Source: an uncultured Ignavibacteria bacterium
Lineage (GTDB): Bacteria > Zixibacteria > MSB-5A5 > CAIYYT01
NCBI GenBank assembly: GCA_964576925.1
Contig: CAZNWJ010000004.1
Span: 55,218 to 119,217, forward strand
Direction of reading: 5' to 3'
Length of the DNA: 64,000 nt
Shown here piece after piece: positions 28,894 to 37,964 of this stretch. Below the pieces are notes generated by a model. The model saw only the letters and a program-made list of their open reading frames with translations, did no database searches and was not told the origin of the DNA. How positions within the stretch are numbered: the stretch's first letter is position 1; every line of letters begins with the position of its first letter. The position numbers were made by a program, and so were the translations under genes.

Positions 28894-29871
28894 GTGGAGC
28901 GCGCCTTTCGCCCGCGCCGGTTGCGGCGCAACGCCGTCATCCGCGATTTGGCTTCTGAGACGCGCCTGGATATCAAGGGGCTGATTCAACCGTATTTCGT
29001 AACCGACGGCAGCGGAGTTCGCGAGGAAATCAACGGCATGCCGGGGATCTATCGCGAGTCGGTCGACCAGCTGCTCGATACAATCACGATCGATACCAAG
29101 CTGGGAGTCAATAAGGTCATGCTGTTCGGTGTCACGGAACGCAAGGACCAGCTCGCTTCGACGGCCTGGGACGACAAGAACCCTGTCATCAGAGCCTGCA
29201 AGGACTTGAAGCAGAAGTTCGGCGAGTCGCTCTTTGTGAGCGCCGACGTCTGTCTCTGCGCCTACACCGACACCGGCCACTGCGGACTGACTATCGACGG
29301 CGAAATCGAAAACGACAAGTCGGTCGCTGTGCTTTCGCGTATGGCCGTTGCGCTCGCCAAGGCAGGTTGCGATTGTGTCGGGCCGTCCGACATGATGGAT
29401 GGACGCATCGCATCGATTCGGATGGCGCTGGAGAAGGAGGGTTTCAGCCAAACGCTCATTCTGGCCTACTCGGCGAAGTACGCTTCGGCGTACTATGGAC
29501 CGTTCCGCGAGGCGGCGCACTCGGCTCCCGGCAAGGGAGACCGCAAGGGTTACCAGATGGACTTCCGCAATCGTCGCGAAGCGCTACGCGAACTGGAGCT
29601 CGACGAATCCGAGGGCGCGGACATCGTGATGGTCAAACCGGCGCTGGCCTACCTGGACATCATTTCGGATTTCGCGGAGAACTCGAGTTTGCCAATCGCC
29701 GCCTACAACGTTTCCGGCGAATACACGGCAGTGAAGCTCCTGGCGCAGGCCGGAATGGCGGATGAGAAGACCATGACGATTGAGAACCTCACGGCGATCA
29801 CGCGCGCCGGGGCTTCGATTATACTCACCTATCATCTCAGGGACATTCTCAAGAATGGCTGGCATCTCTAA
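28894..29871 (+). CDS. hemB: Porphobilinogen synthase (delta-aminolevulinate dehydratase)
   Basis: GTG start right after the hemD stop. N-terminus ERAFRPRRLRRNAVIRDL. The active-site lysines and the metal-binding Cys cluster CLCAYTDTGHCG are present. Confidence 0.95.
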   Translation: MERAFRPRRLRRNAVIRDLASETRLDIKGLIQPYFVTDGSGVREEINGMPGIYRESVDQLLDTITIDTKLGVNKVMLFGVTERKDQLASTAWDDKNPVIRACKDLKQKFGESLFVSADVCLCAYTDTGHCGLTIDGEIENDKSVAVLSRMAVALAKAGCDCVGPSDMMDGRIASIRMALEKEGFSQTLILAYSAKYASAYYGPFREAAHSAPGKGDRKGYQMDFRNRREALRELELDESEGADIVMVKPALAYLDIISDFAENSSLPIAAYNVSGEYTAVKLLAQAGMADEKTMTIENLTAITRAGASIILTYHLRDILKNGWHL

Positions 29872-31171
29872 GGTCGTTTTCGATCACCAAAAATCGCGCC
29901 GGCTGATGGAACTCTCTTCGGAAGTGATTCCGGGCGGCGTCAACTCGCCGGTGCGAGCGTTTCGATCGGTGGGCGGAACACCGCGCTTCATCGCCAAAGG
30001 TGAAGGCGCTTTCCTCTTCGACGTCGACGGCAACAAGTACCTCGACTTCTGCAATTCCTGGGGTCCGCTGATTCTCGGACATGGCGATCCGGATGTGGTG
30101 GCCGCCGTCAAAGCGCAGGTCGAGAAAGGCATGACGTTTGGGGCCTCAACCGAACTGGAGTATGAACTGGCCTCGTTCATCGTCAAGACGGTCGAGGCGG
30201 TGGAGAAGATTCGCTTTGTCTCGTCGGGTACCGAGGCGGTGATGTCGGCGATCCGCGTGGCGCGCGGCTTCACCGGACGCGACCTGATCCTGAAATTCGA
30301 GGGGTGCTATCACGGCCACAGCGATCATCTCCTGGTGAAGGCCGGCTCCGGGTTGGTGACGTTTGGCGAGCCGTCGTCAGCCGGGGTCCCGGAAGCGATC
30401 ACCAGTAAGACAGTCGTGCTGCCCCTGGATGATGAAGATGCGCTTCAAGAATTTTTCGACCGTCACGGAGATGAGCTGGCGGCGGTGATCATCGAGGGAA
30501 TTCCCGCCAATAACGGGTTACTCATTCAAAGACACGATTATGTTCGTCTACTGCGTGCCCTGACCGAAAAGCACGGTGCGCTGTTGATCTTCGACGAAGT
30601 GATTACCGGGTTCCGCATCGGTATGGGCGGCGCCGCAGCCTACTATGGCATTCGTCCCGACTTGTTGACCTACGGAAAGATCATCGGCGGCGGTATGCCC
30701 GTAGGGGCGTTCGGCGGTCGCGCCGAGATCATGGAAAAGCTCTCGCCGCTAGGGCCGGTCTATCAGGCCGGTACGCTGTCGGGCAATCCGGTCGCGATGA
30801 CGGCGGGATTGACAACACTCAAGAAACTCGCGGACGGCAAGATTCACGAGCGGTTAGAGTCCATGAATCGAAGGTTCGTCGGCCAGTTAACCTCTTACTT
30901 CCGCGATAGCCAGGCGACGGTCGGCGGCGTCGGCTCGATCTACTGGATTGTGTTCCAGCCGGAATTGCCGCGTGCGGCACACACGATTTCGACTGACGGC
31001 ATCAGCCACTATAATCGACTTCACAGCAAGATTCTGCTGCAGGGCATCTACATGCCGCCGTCGGGCTATGAGGTTTGTTTCCTCTCTGCGGCGCACACTG
31101 AAGAACTCCTGATGCAGGCAGCGGATGTCCTGGGCCAGGCGATCCAGAGCGAGGCGCATTCGTGGGCGTAA
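29856..31171 (+). CDS. hemL: Glutamate-1-semialdehyde 2,1-aminomutase
   Basis: N-terminus EVIPGGVNSPVRAF. The PLP-lysine region is conserved. Overlaps the hemB end by 16 nt. Confidence 0.95.
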
Positions 31172-32187
31172 AAGACAGCCCGTTCATCCGCGCTTGTTAT
31201 GGCCAGAACGACGGCCCGATTCCGGTCTGGATCATGCGCCAGGCCGGCCGCTACCTCCCCGAGTACCAGGAGGTGCGCAGCAAGGTCTCATTTCAGGAGC
31301 TTTGCCGTTCGCCGCGACTGATTGCGGAGGTCGTTCGGCAACCGGTGGAACGCTTCAATCTCGATGCGGCCATCTTATTCTCGGATATCCTGACGTTGTT
31401 GGAACCGATGGGCGTTCAGGTCAGCTTTCCGGAGGGCGGGCCGCTGATTGCTCAGCCGATACGCACGCCAGAGGACGTCGGCCGCGTGCATCGCTGCGAC
31501 GTACAGCGTGATCTGTCGTTTGTGCTGGCGGGGATCGATGAAATCAAGCAGCGTTTACCCCAAACGCCGCTGATCGGCTTTGCCGGCTCGCCGTTTACGT
31601 TGTTTTGTTACCTGGTCGAGGGCAAAGGTTCGAAGACGTTCGACAAAGCCAAACAATTCATCCATCGCTATCCCGATGCGGCCCGACAACTGATTGATTT
31701 GCTGGCCGACTCGGTAGCGGACTACCTATCAGAGCAGATCAATGCCGGTGCCGACGCTGTGCAGCTGTTTGACAGTTGGGGCGGAATTCTTTCCCACGAG
31801 GATTACCGCCAGTGGTCGGCAGCGCCCAATCAGCGAATCTTTGCCGCTGTCAAGAAATTCAGTGTGCCGCGAGTTCTCTTCGTCAACAATGTGGCGCCGT
31901 ATTTGGATATCGTCAAGTCGATGGACTGTGAAGTGATCGGCGTGGATTATCGTATTGCCCTGGCGACGGCCGCGAGCGTTCTCAACGGCAAGTCGGTGCA
32001 GGGTAATCTTGATCCGACGGTGCTATTCGATAAGCCGGATGTTGTCAAGTCACGAACCCAAGAGATTCTCGACAGCCTCAGCCGCCATAACAACTTCATT
32101 TTCAATCTTGGCCACGGGATCCTGCCCGAAACGCCGCTGGCTTCAGTCGAGGCGATGATCCAGACGGTGAAGAAATTCCGCAGTTAA
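31162..32187 (+). CDS. hemE: Uroporphyrinogen decarboxylase
   Basis: PVWIMRQAGRYLPEY signature. Confidence 0.95.
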   Translation: MGVKDSPFIRACYGQNDGPIPVWIMRQAGRYLPEYQEVRSKVSFQELCRSPRLIAEVVRQPVERFNLDAAILFSDILTLLEPMGVQVSFPEGGPLIAQPIRTPEDVGRVHRCDVQRDLSFVLAGIDEIKQRLPQTPLIGFAGSPFTLFCYLVEGKGSKTFDKAKQFIHRYPDAARQLIDLLADSVADYLSEQINAGADAVQLFDSWGGILSHEDYRQWSAAPNQRIFAAVKKFSVPRVLFVNNVAPYLDIVKSMDCEVIGVDYRIALATAASVLNGKSVQGNLDPTVLFDKPDVVKSRTQEILDSLSRHNNFIFNLGHGILPETPLASVEAMIQTVKKFRS

Positions 32188-32189
32188 GC

Positions 32190-33587
32190 ATGAGCACGCC
32201 GCAAGCCGCCACAAAAGTCCCGATCGAGTTGCTCCGGAAATATGACCGTCCGGGACCCCGCTACACCAGTTATCCGACCGTGCCGGTGTGGACAAGTGAG
32301 ATGGGTGTCGCGCAGTATCGCGAGGCGTTAGGCGCCGCTGCCGGGCGCGTTGAGACACCGCTAGCCCTGTACTGCCATATTCCGTTCTGTCGTAAACGGT
32401 GTTTCTACTGCGGCTGCAATACGGTCGTAACGCAGCACAAAGAGCGCATCGACAGCTACGTGGCCAGTATCACGGCAGAAATCAGGAATACCGCCGCACT
32501 GCTGGGTGCGCGCCGGCGGGTGAGCCAGTTGCATCTCGGCGGCGGAACGCCGACGTATCTCGATTGCCGAGGCTTGGAAATCGTCCTCAGTGCAATCGAT
32601 GGCAAGTTCGAGTTTGCTGCAGGCTGCGAAAAGTCGATCGAGGTTGATCCGCGCGTGACGACCGACGAGCAGTTAGAGTTTCTCGCCAAGTCAGGTTTCA
32701 ATCGTCTCTCGATCGGCACACAGGATTTTGATCCGCAGGTGCAGGAGGCAATGGGACGGGTGCAATCGTTTGAATCGGTGCATCATATTCTGGAGAAGGG
32801 CAGGCAGTTGGGTTTCACGGGTATCAACCTGGACTTGATCTATGGTTTGCCGAAACAGAATGTCGAGTCGTTTGCCGCGACGATTGCCAAGGCGCTATCG
32901 CTGCGCCCCGATCGCGTGGCTATGTATTCGTTCGCCTACTTGCCGCAGAACATGCCGCACCAATCCGTGATTGACTCCCTGCAACTTCCCGCAACAGAAG
33001 TGAAATATCAATTGTTCGCCACCGCCGTCGAGCAGTTTACCAGAGCCGGGTATCATCAGATCGGGATGGATCACTTTGCGCTGCCGGAGGACGAATTGTC
33101 GCTGGCGCAGCAGGATGGCCGCTTGCATCGCAATTTCATGGGCTACACCGTGCAAAGCGCGCCGGAAATGATCGGTTTCGGCATGTCGGCGATCGGCTAC
33201 GTCAACAACGCGTTCTTCCAGAATTACTCCAAACTGGACAGCTACGAGAGGGCAATCAAGGAGCAGGAATTCGCCGTCTATCGCGGGATGAATCTCTCGC
33301 AAGACGACCTGATCCGCCAGTACGTTATCAGCCAGCTGATGTGCAATTTTCGGCTGCACTACCAGGCGCTGGAGCAGCTATTTGCTATTCGATACCGTGA
33401 TTACTTTGCGAAAGAACACAGCCGCCTCGATCCGTTTCTCGCCGATGAATTGATGAGCTTCGAAGAAGACGGACTGCAGATCACGCCGGTGGGGAGGACA
33501 TTTGTCCGCAACATCGCGATGACGTTTGATGCCTACCTTGACGAGAACGGTGAAGCGCGTGGTGTAAAATTCTCGCGCACGATCTAA
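32190..33587 (+). CDS. hemN: Oxygen-independent coproporphyrinogen-III oxidase (radical SAM)
   Basis: Radical-SAM CxxxCxxC motif YCHIPFCRKRCFYCGCN plus the HemN C-terminal domain. Confidence 0.9.
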   Translation: MSTPQAATKVPIELLRKYDRPGPRYTSYPTVPVWTSEMGVAQYREALGAAAGRVETPLALYCHIPFCRKRCFYCGCNTVVTQHKERIDSYVASITAEIRNTAALLGARRRVSQLHLGGGTPTYLDCRGLEIVLSAIDGKFEFAAGCEKSIEVDPRVTTDEQLEFLAKSGFNRLSIGTQDFDPQVQEAMGRVQSFESVHHILEKGRQLGFTGINLDLIYGLPKQNVESFAATIAKALSLRPDRVAMYSFAYLPQNMPHQSVIDSLQLPATEVKYQLFATAVEQFTRAGYHQIGMDHFALPEDELSLAQQDGRLHRNFMGYTVQSAPEMIGFGMSAIGYVNNAFFQNYSKLDSYERAIKEQEFAVYRGMNLSQDDLIRQYVISQLMCNFRLHYQALEQLFAIRYRDYFAKEHSRLDPFLADELMSFEEDGLQITPVGRTFVRNIAMTFDAYLDENGEARGVKFSRTI

Positions 33588-33594
33588 GGCCCCG

Positions 33595-34551
33595 GTGATG
33601 CAGGACAAGACAGCAGTCATACTACTGGCCATGGGCGGTCCGGCCACGACCGCCGAGATTCCCGAGTATCTTTTCAATATCTTCTCCGACCGCCACATCA
33701 TCCGTCTGCCGGGAGGAGCGCTCTTTCAGAAGCCGTTTGCGCGGATGATCTCTAAGCGACGGACGCCGGAGGTGACGCACAACTACAGCCGGATCGGCGG
33801 CGGCTCGCCGCTCTTGAAATGGACCGAAGCACAGGCGCGTCATATCGAAGCAGAGCTTCAAGAGGCAATACCGGGTATCAAGTGCTTCGTCGGAATGCGC
33901 TATTCCCGGCCCGCGATTGCTGCGGCAATTGAAGGCGCGGTTAGAGAGGGATTTGGGCGTCTGGTGTTTTTGCCGCTCTATCCGCAGTACAGCAAAGCGA
34001 CGACCGGTTCGTCGTTCGCGGTGGCAGAAACGGAATTGAAGAAGTATCCGCAAGTGCAGGCAGTGTGGATCAGGGAATTTCACGACGAACCCGCTTACAC
34101 TGCCTTGCTGCATGACTACATCGAGGCAAACATCACAGCCGACGAAGCGCTGCTCTTTTCGGCGCACTCGTTGCCGCAGAAATTCGTCGATGAAGGCGAC
34201 CCGTATGTTGATCAAATCCGTCAGACAGCTAAGTTGGCGGCCGGTAAGCGCGAATATTTCCTGTCGTTCCAGAGCCGCACCGGGCCGGTGAAATGGGTTG
34301 GTCCCGATACGATCGACGAGACCAAACGTTTGCTGAATGAACGTGCGGGTGGGCTGTTTATCGTGCCGATAGCTTTTGTTTGCGACCATATTGAGACGCT
34401 ATTTGAGATTGATTTGCAGTTAAAGGAAATCGCCGGTGCAGAACAGGGCGCCCGGATTCGGCGGATGCCGATGTTCAATGACGACCGGCGGTTTGGCGCG
34501 ATCCTGGCGAAGCTGGTACGGAAGGCGGTGATCTCTGATGTCAGAGTATGA
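33595..34551 (+). CDS. hemH: Ferrochelatase
   Basis: N-terminus AVILLAMGGP...IPEYLFNIFSD and the conserved ferrochelatase core. Confidence 0.9.
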   Translation: MMQDKTAVILLAMGGPATTAEIPEYLFNIFSDRHIIRLPGGALFQKPFARMISKRRTPEVTHNYSRIGGGSPLLKWTEAQARHIEAELQEAIPGIKCFVGMRYSRPAIAAAIEGAVREGFGRLVFLPLYPQYSKATTGSSFAVAETELKKYPQVQAVWIREFHDEPAYTALLHDYIEANITADEALLFSAHSLPQKFVDEGDPYVDQIRQTAKLAAGKREYFLSFQSRTGPVKWVGPDTIDETKRLLNERAGGLFIVPIAFVCDHIETLFEIDLQLKEIAGAEQGARIRRMPMFNDDRRFGAILAKLVRKAVISDVRV

Positions 34552-35911
34552 TGTAATCATCGCCGGCGGAGGAATCTCCGGGCTGGCGACGTTGCACTAC
34601 TTGCGGCGCAACAAGCCGCAACTTCGCGTCAGACTGCTCGAGGCCGAACCGCGTTTAGGGGGCACGATCGGCACCGATCGGATCGACGGCTACAGTTTCG
34701 ACTGGGGTCCAAACGGATTTCTCGACCGCGAGCCGCTGACGCTGCAACTTTGCGAAGAACTAGGGCTCAAGGATCAACTCGAGCGCGCTAACGAAAGTGT
34801 CAATGCGAGGTTTATCCTGCGCGGGGGAAGACTTCGGCCGGTACCAATGTCGCCTCCAAAATTCCTGATGTCGGATATTATCAGTTGGCGCGGCAAGCTG
34901 CGGATCATGCGCGAGCCGTGGGCGAAGCCGCGGCCGGACGGAGTCGACGAATCGATTTACGATTTTGCGAAACGCCGGATCGGTCAGGAGGCCGCTGATT
35001 ATCTGGTGCAGCCGATGGTGTCGGGGGTCTACGGCGGAGTGGCGTCGAAGCTGTCGCTGCAGTCGTGTTTCGCGATCATGCGCGAAATGGAAGACGAGTA
35101 CGGCTCGCTGTTCAAGGCGATGATGGCCAAGGCGAAGGCGGCGCGTGCGGCCGGGAAGAAAAGCGGCGGGCCGGCAGGACCGGGTGGGTGGTTGACCTCG
35201 TTTCACGGCGGACTCTACCGCGTGATCGAGCGCTTTGCCGAGTTGTACAGCGGCAATATCCAGTGCTCCAGCCCGGTGAAGTCGGTCGCCCGATCGGGCG
35301 AGTCTCTGCGCGTCGAAACTGCAGATGGAACCACACTTGGAACTCGGCATCTTGTCCTGGCAACGCCTTCATACGTCGCTGCAGATGTTGTCAGGAATCT
35401 GTCGTCAACCCTGCACGATGCTCTCGGTCGAATCAAATATGCGCCGATCGCGGTCGTGTGTCTTGGCTATGATGCCGCGCAAGTGAAGAGCTCAGTAGAA
35501 GGGTTCGGATTTCTGGTACCGCAGAAAGAGGGACGACGAATATTGGGATCGATCTGGACTTCGTCGATCTTTGCCGAACGCGCGCCGCAGGGCAAGGTGC
35601 AGTTTCGCACGATGCTGGGCGGCGACGGCGATCATGATTCGATCAAACTCGATGACAATAAACTGACCGAATTGGCGACGAGCGATCTGGCTGGGATCAT
35701 GGGCATCAGCGGCGAGCCGGAGACGGTCAAGGTCTACCGCTGGCAATATGGGATACCGCAGTATCATATTGGGCATCGCGCCGTGATGGACACTGTTGAA
35801 GGGGAGTTGAAGCGGCTGCGGCAGGTTCACCTCGCCAGCAATGCCTATTTTGGTATCGGGCTGAATGATTGCGTCAAGCAGGCTTGGCGCGTCTATCAGA
35901 AAATCGACTGA
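34538..35911 (+). CDS. hemY: Protoporphyrinogen oxidase (FAD-dependent, HemY-type)
   Basis: Rossmann motif YDVIIAGGGISGLATLHYL. Amine-oxidase fold. Last gene of the heme operon. Confidence 0.85.
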   Translation: MSEYDVIIAGGGISGLATLHYLRRNKPQLRVRLLEAEPRLGGTIGTDRIDGYSFDWGPNGFLDREPLTLQLCEELGLKDQLERANESVNARFILRGGRLRPVPMSPPKFLMSDIISWRGKLRIMREPWAKPRPDGVDESIYDFAKRRIGQEAADYLVQPMVSGVYGGVASKLSLQSCFAIMREMEDEYGSLFKAMMAKAKAARAAGKKSGGPAGPGGWLTSFHGGLYRVIERFAELYSGNIQCSSPVKSVARSGESLRVETADGTTLGTRHLVLATPSYVAADVVRNLSSTLHDALGRIKYAPIAVVCLGYDAAQVKSSVEGFGFLVPQKEGRRILGSIWTSSIFAERAPQGKVQFRTMLGGDGDHDSIKLDDNKLTELATSDLAGIMGISGEPETVKVYRWQYGIPQYHIGHRAVMDTVEGELKRLRQVHLASNAYFGIGLNDCVKQAWRVYQKID

Positions 35912-35926
35912 GCTACTTCCTGACTT

Positions 35927-36748
35927 CTAACCCAATCCAATCTTCTTCGATTCGAGAAATTCACGCAGGTGGACGCGCAACGAAGCGGGATTCGTGGTAG
36001 CCGCGCGGCGTGCCGAATGTTCGCTCCAGCTATAGGCATCGTCCGGAATCGTGCGGCCATCGGGAGCAGCGATCTTGCGTTTATCGCCTTCGTAAAGACC
36101 AGTAGATTTGACGATGCGGTCGTAATCGGCGATTAGATCGGCAAGCGTGTCGTCTTTATACTCCTCGCGATGGACGGCAAGTTCACGAGGCAGTCGGGGC
36201 TTGACCATCGGCTCGTGATCGGGATAGCCGAGGCAGATCCCCATTAACGGAAACACGCGCTCAGGCAGCTTGAGCAGCTCGCTGACTTGCGCCGGATTGT
36301 TGCGAATGGCGCCGATCATGCAGATACCGAGCCCGGAGGCCTCCGTGGCAACGACGATGTTCTGAGCCACAAGAGCGGTGTCGACGATGGCAACCATCAT
36401 CATCTCAATGTAGCGATCGGTGAACTGGTAGCCGCGCAATTCGCAGACACGCTGGATGCGGTGCAGGTCGGGGCACATCGCGAGAAATACGGGACAGCCG
36501 GCGACATAGGATTGGTTGCCGCAATAGCCCGCGAGTTTCTCTTTCTTAGCCGAATCTGTCACCACAATAATCGAGTAGGTCTGCAGATTGGAAGAAGTCG
36601 GCGCCTGGCGCGCGGAATCGAGGATTCGATTGAGAAGTTCCTCCGGAATCGGTTCGCTCTTATAGCGGCGGATCGAGCGGTGCGAAGTAAGGATTTCGAA
36701 AACATCTTTCATGGTGGAAAAAGATAGGCGCTTCGGGCGCTGCGGCAA
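35927..36748 (-). CDS. Nitroreductase-family FMN-dependent oxidoreductase (NfsA-like)
   Basis: SHRSIRRYKSEPIPEELLNRILDSARQAPTSSNLQ motif and a nitroreductase fold. The start may be the internal ATG at 36712. Confidence 0.8.
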   Translation of the reverse strand: MPQRPKRLSFSTMKDVFEILTSHRSIRRYKSEPIPEELLNRILDSARQAPTSSNLQTYSIIVVTDSAKKEKLAGYCGNQSYVAGCPVFLAMCPDLHRIQRVCELRGYQFTDRYIEMMMVAIVDTALVAQNIVVATEASGLGICMIGAIRNNPAQVSELLKLPERVFPLMGICLGYPDHEPMVKPRLPRELAVHREEYKDDTLADLIADYDRIVKSTGLYEGDKRKIAAPDGRTIPDDAYSWSEHSARRAATTNPASLRVHLREFLESKKIGLG

Positions 36749-36929
36749 GGAGAAAGGGGCTGATTGATCAGGCGAGGAAGAACGTCAAGAGCGTGAAAGC
36801 CATCGAGATTCCGAGAGCCAGCCAGATGATCCGAAAGGCATTACTGCGAACCTGGGCGAGTTCTTCGGAATTCGTGATGTCTTCTTCTCCCTGGTCAAGA
36901 TTGCGCCGACCGCGCATCGCCAGGAGAGC

Positions 36930-37139
36930 TCAGGTTTTCTCGCGCGCCTGGAGCAGGCCGAGAACGGCGGCAAAGGCCGAGAGAAAGAGCGGGATATACC
37001 AGCCCCGGCTCACGTCATAGACCTTGAGTGCCAGAAAGATGAAGATCGTGGCGACAAAGGCGACCAGCGAGATGAGTTCGCGGCGGCGACATTCGCGCGG
37101 GCCGATGTTGGAAACGGACTTTGAGAAAAACGGCGACAT
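36930..37139 (-). CDS. Small two-TM membrane protein (hypothetical)
   Basis: 69 aa with two hydrophobic helices. A second 50-aa one-TM ORF (36768..36917) follows 3 codons after its TGA stop. Confidence 0.3.
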   Translation of the reverse strand: MSPFFSKSVSNIGPRECRRRELISLVAFVATIFIFLALKVYDVSRGWYIPLFLSAFAAVLGLLQAREKT

Positions 37140-37304
37140 AATGGTCTCGATAATGGTACGAATGAACCGAATCAGAAATCTTGCGGCAAAGTGTTTTTTT
37201 GGATTGAACGCCGGCGCAAGGTGACGCGTCAGGATTATAGAGGCCAGCCCACAGGCTTCGTTGCGACAAGCGAGCTATTCTAAAACTGGAAATGGGAAGT
37301 ATCT

Positions 37305-37850
37305 GTGAATATCGGGGCATTCACAGAAATTGGAAAGTTACGTCAGGAGGCTGTCGTGCGCGGAATTTGTGCTCTGCTGTTCGCTTGCCTGCTGCTGCAG
37401 GGTGCGGTATCACTCGCAGCGAAGGACTCGACAGGAGTAGGGTGTATCTGCGGAAAGGTGACCAGCGCGGATACGGGTAGCACAATCCCGTTTGCTGTTG
37501 TGTACCTCGCAGGCACTACCAAAGGCTGCCAAACTGATACTTCAGGAGTATTTTGTATTTGCGGTCTGACAGCAGGTGTGTACACGGTAGTTGGCGCAAC
37601 TGCAGGCTATAGCTCTGTGGCTGTTGAAGGCGTTGAAGTTGCGGCGGCTTGCACGAGTTGGGTGACTTTCTGTCTGGAGGAAACGATAATCGTTATCGAT
37701 GGCTGTCCAATAGTTCCGCGTGCAAAGTGGCGGCTAAGAATATACGAAACTCAATCGATGTATCAGCTTACTGCCGAACACATTCGTTACATGCCGAGCG
37801 GCGACGTTTATGACATCCTGCGCAAACGAGGGGGTGTAACGATCCGATAG
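37305..37850 (+). CDS. Carboxypeptidase-regulatory-like (CarbopepD_reg) domain protein, hypothetical
   Basis: Signal/TM region, then a Cys-containing GKVTSADTGSTIPFAVVYLAGT...GVYTVVGATAGYS beta-sandwich motif. Confidence 0.5.
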   Translation: MNIGAFTEIGKLRQEAVVRGICALLFACLLLQGAVSLAAKDSTGVGCICGKVTSADTGSTIPFAVVYLAGTTKGCQTDTSGVFCICGLTAGVYTVVGATAGYSSVAVEGVEVAAACTSWVTFCLEETIIVIDGCPIVPRAKWRLRIYETQSMYQLTAEHIRYMPSGDVYDILRKRGGVTIR

Positions 37851-37964
37851 CTAAGTCCTGATCCGACAGCCATAAACAGATTCACCGCCATGATGGGAAT
37901 ATCCGCGCATTCAGGCTGTATTGAGTGCAAGGAAGAAGAATCAACCTGAAAAACGGAGGAACTC

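Noticed and set aside
28405-29871. 488-aa ORF that spans hemD and hemB in one frame
   Set aside because: The first ~160 codons are an out-of-frame overlap of hemD. The real hemB starts at the GTG at 28894, directly after the hemD stop, with the conserved N-terminus ERAFRPRRLRRN.
33622-34389. 255-aa ORF on the minus strand
   Set aside because: It is antisense to hemH. It is a shadow ORF.
36768-37139. In-frame TGA between two small membrane ORFs, considered as possible selenocysteine or readthrough
   Set aside because: The downstream ORF has its own ATG three codons after the TGA. TGA is used as an ordinary stop elsewhere in the window. No SECIS-like hairpin is apparent. The simplest reading is two translationally coupled small genes.
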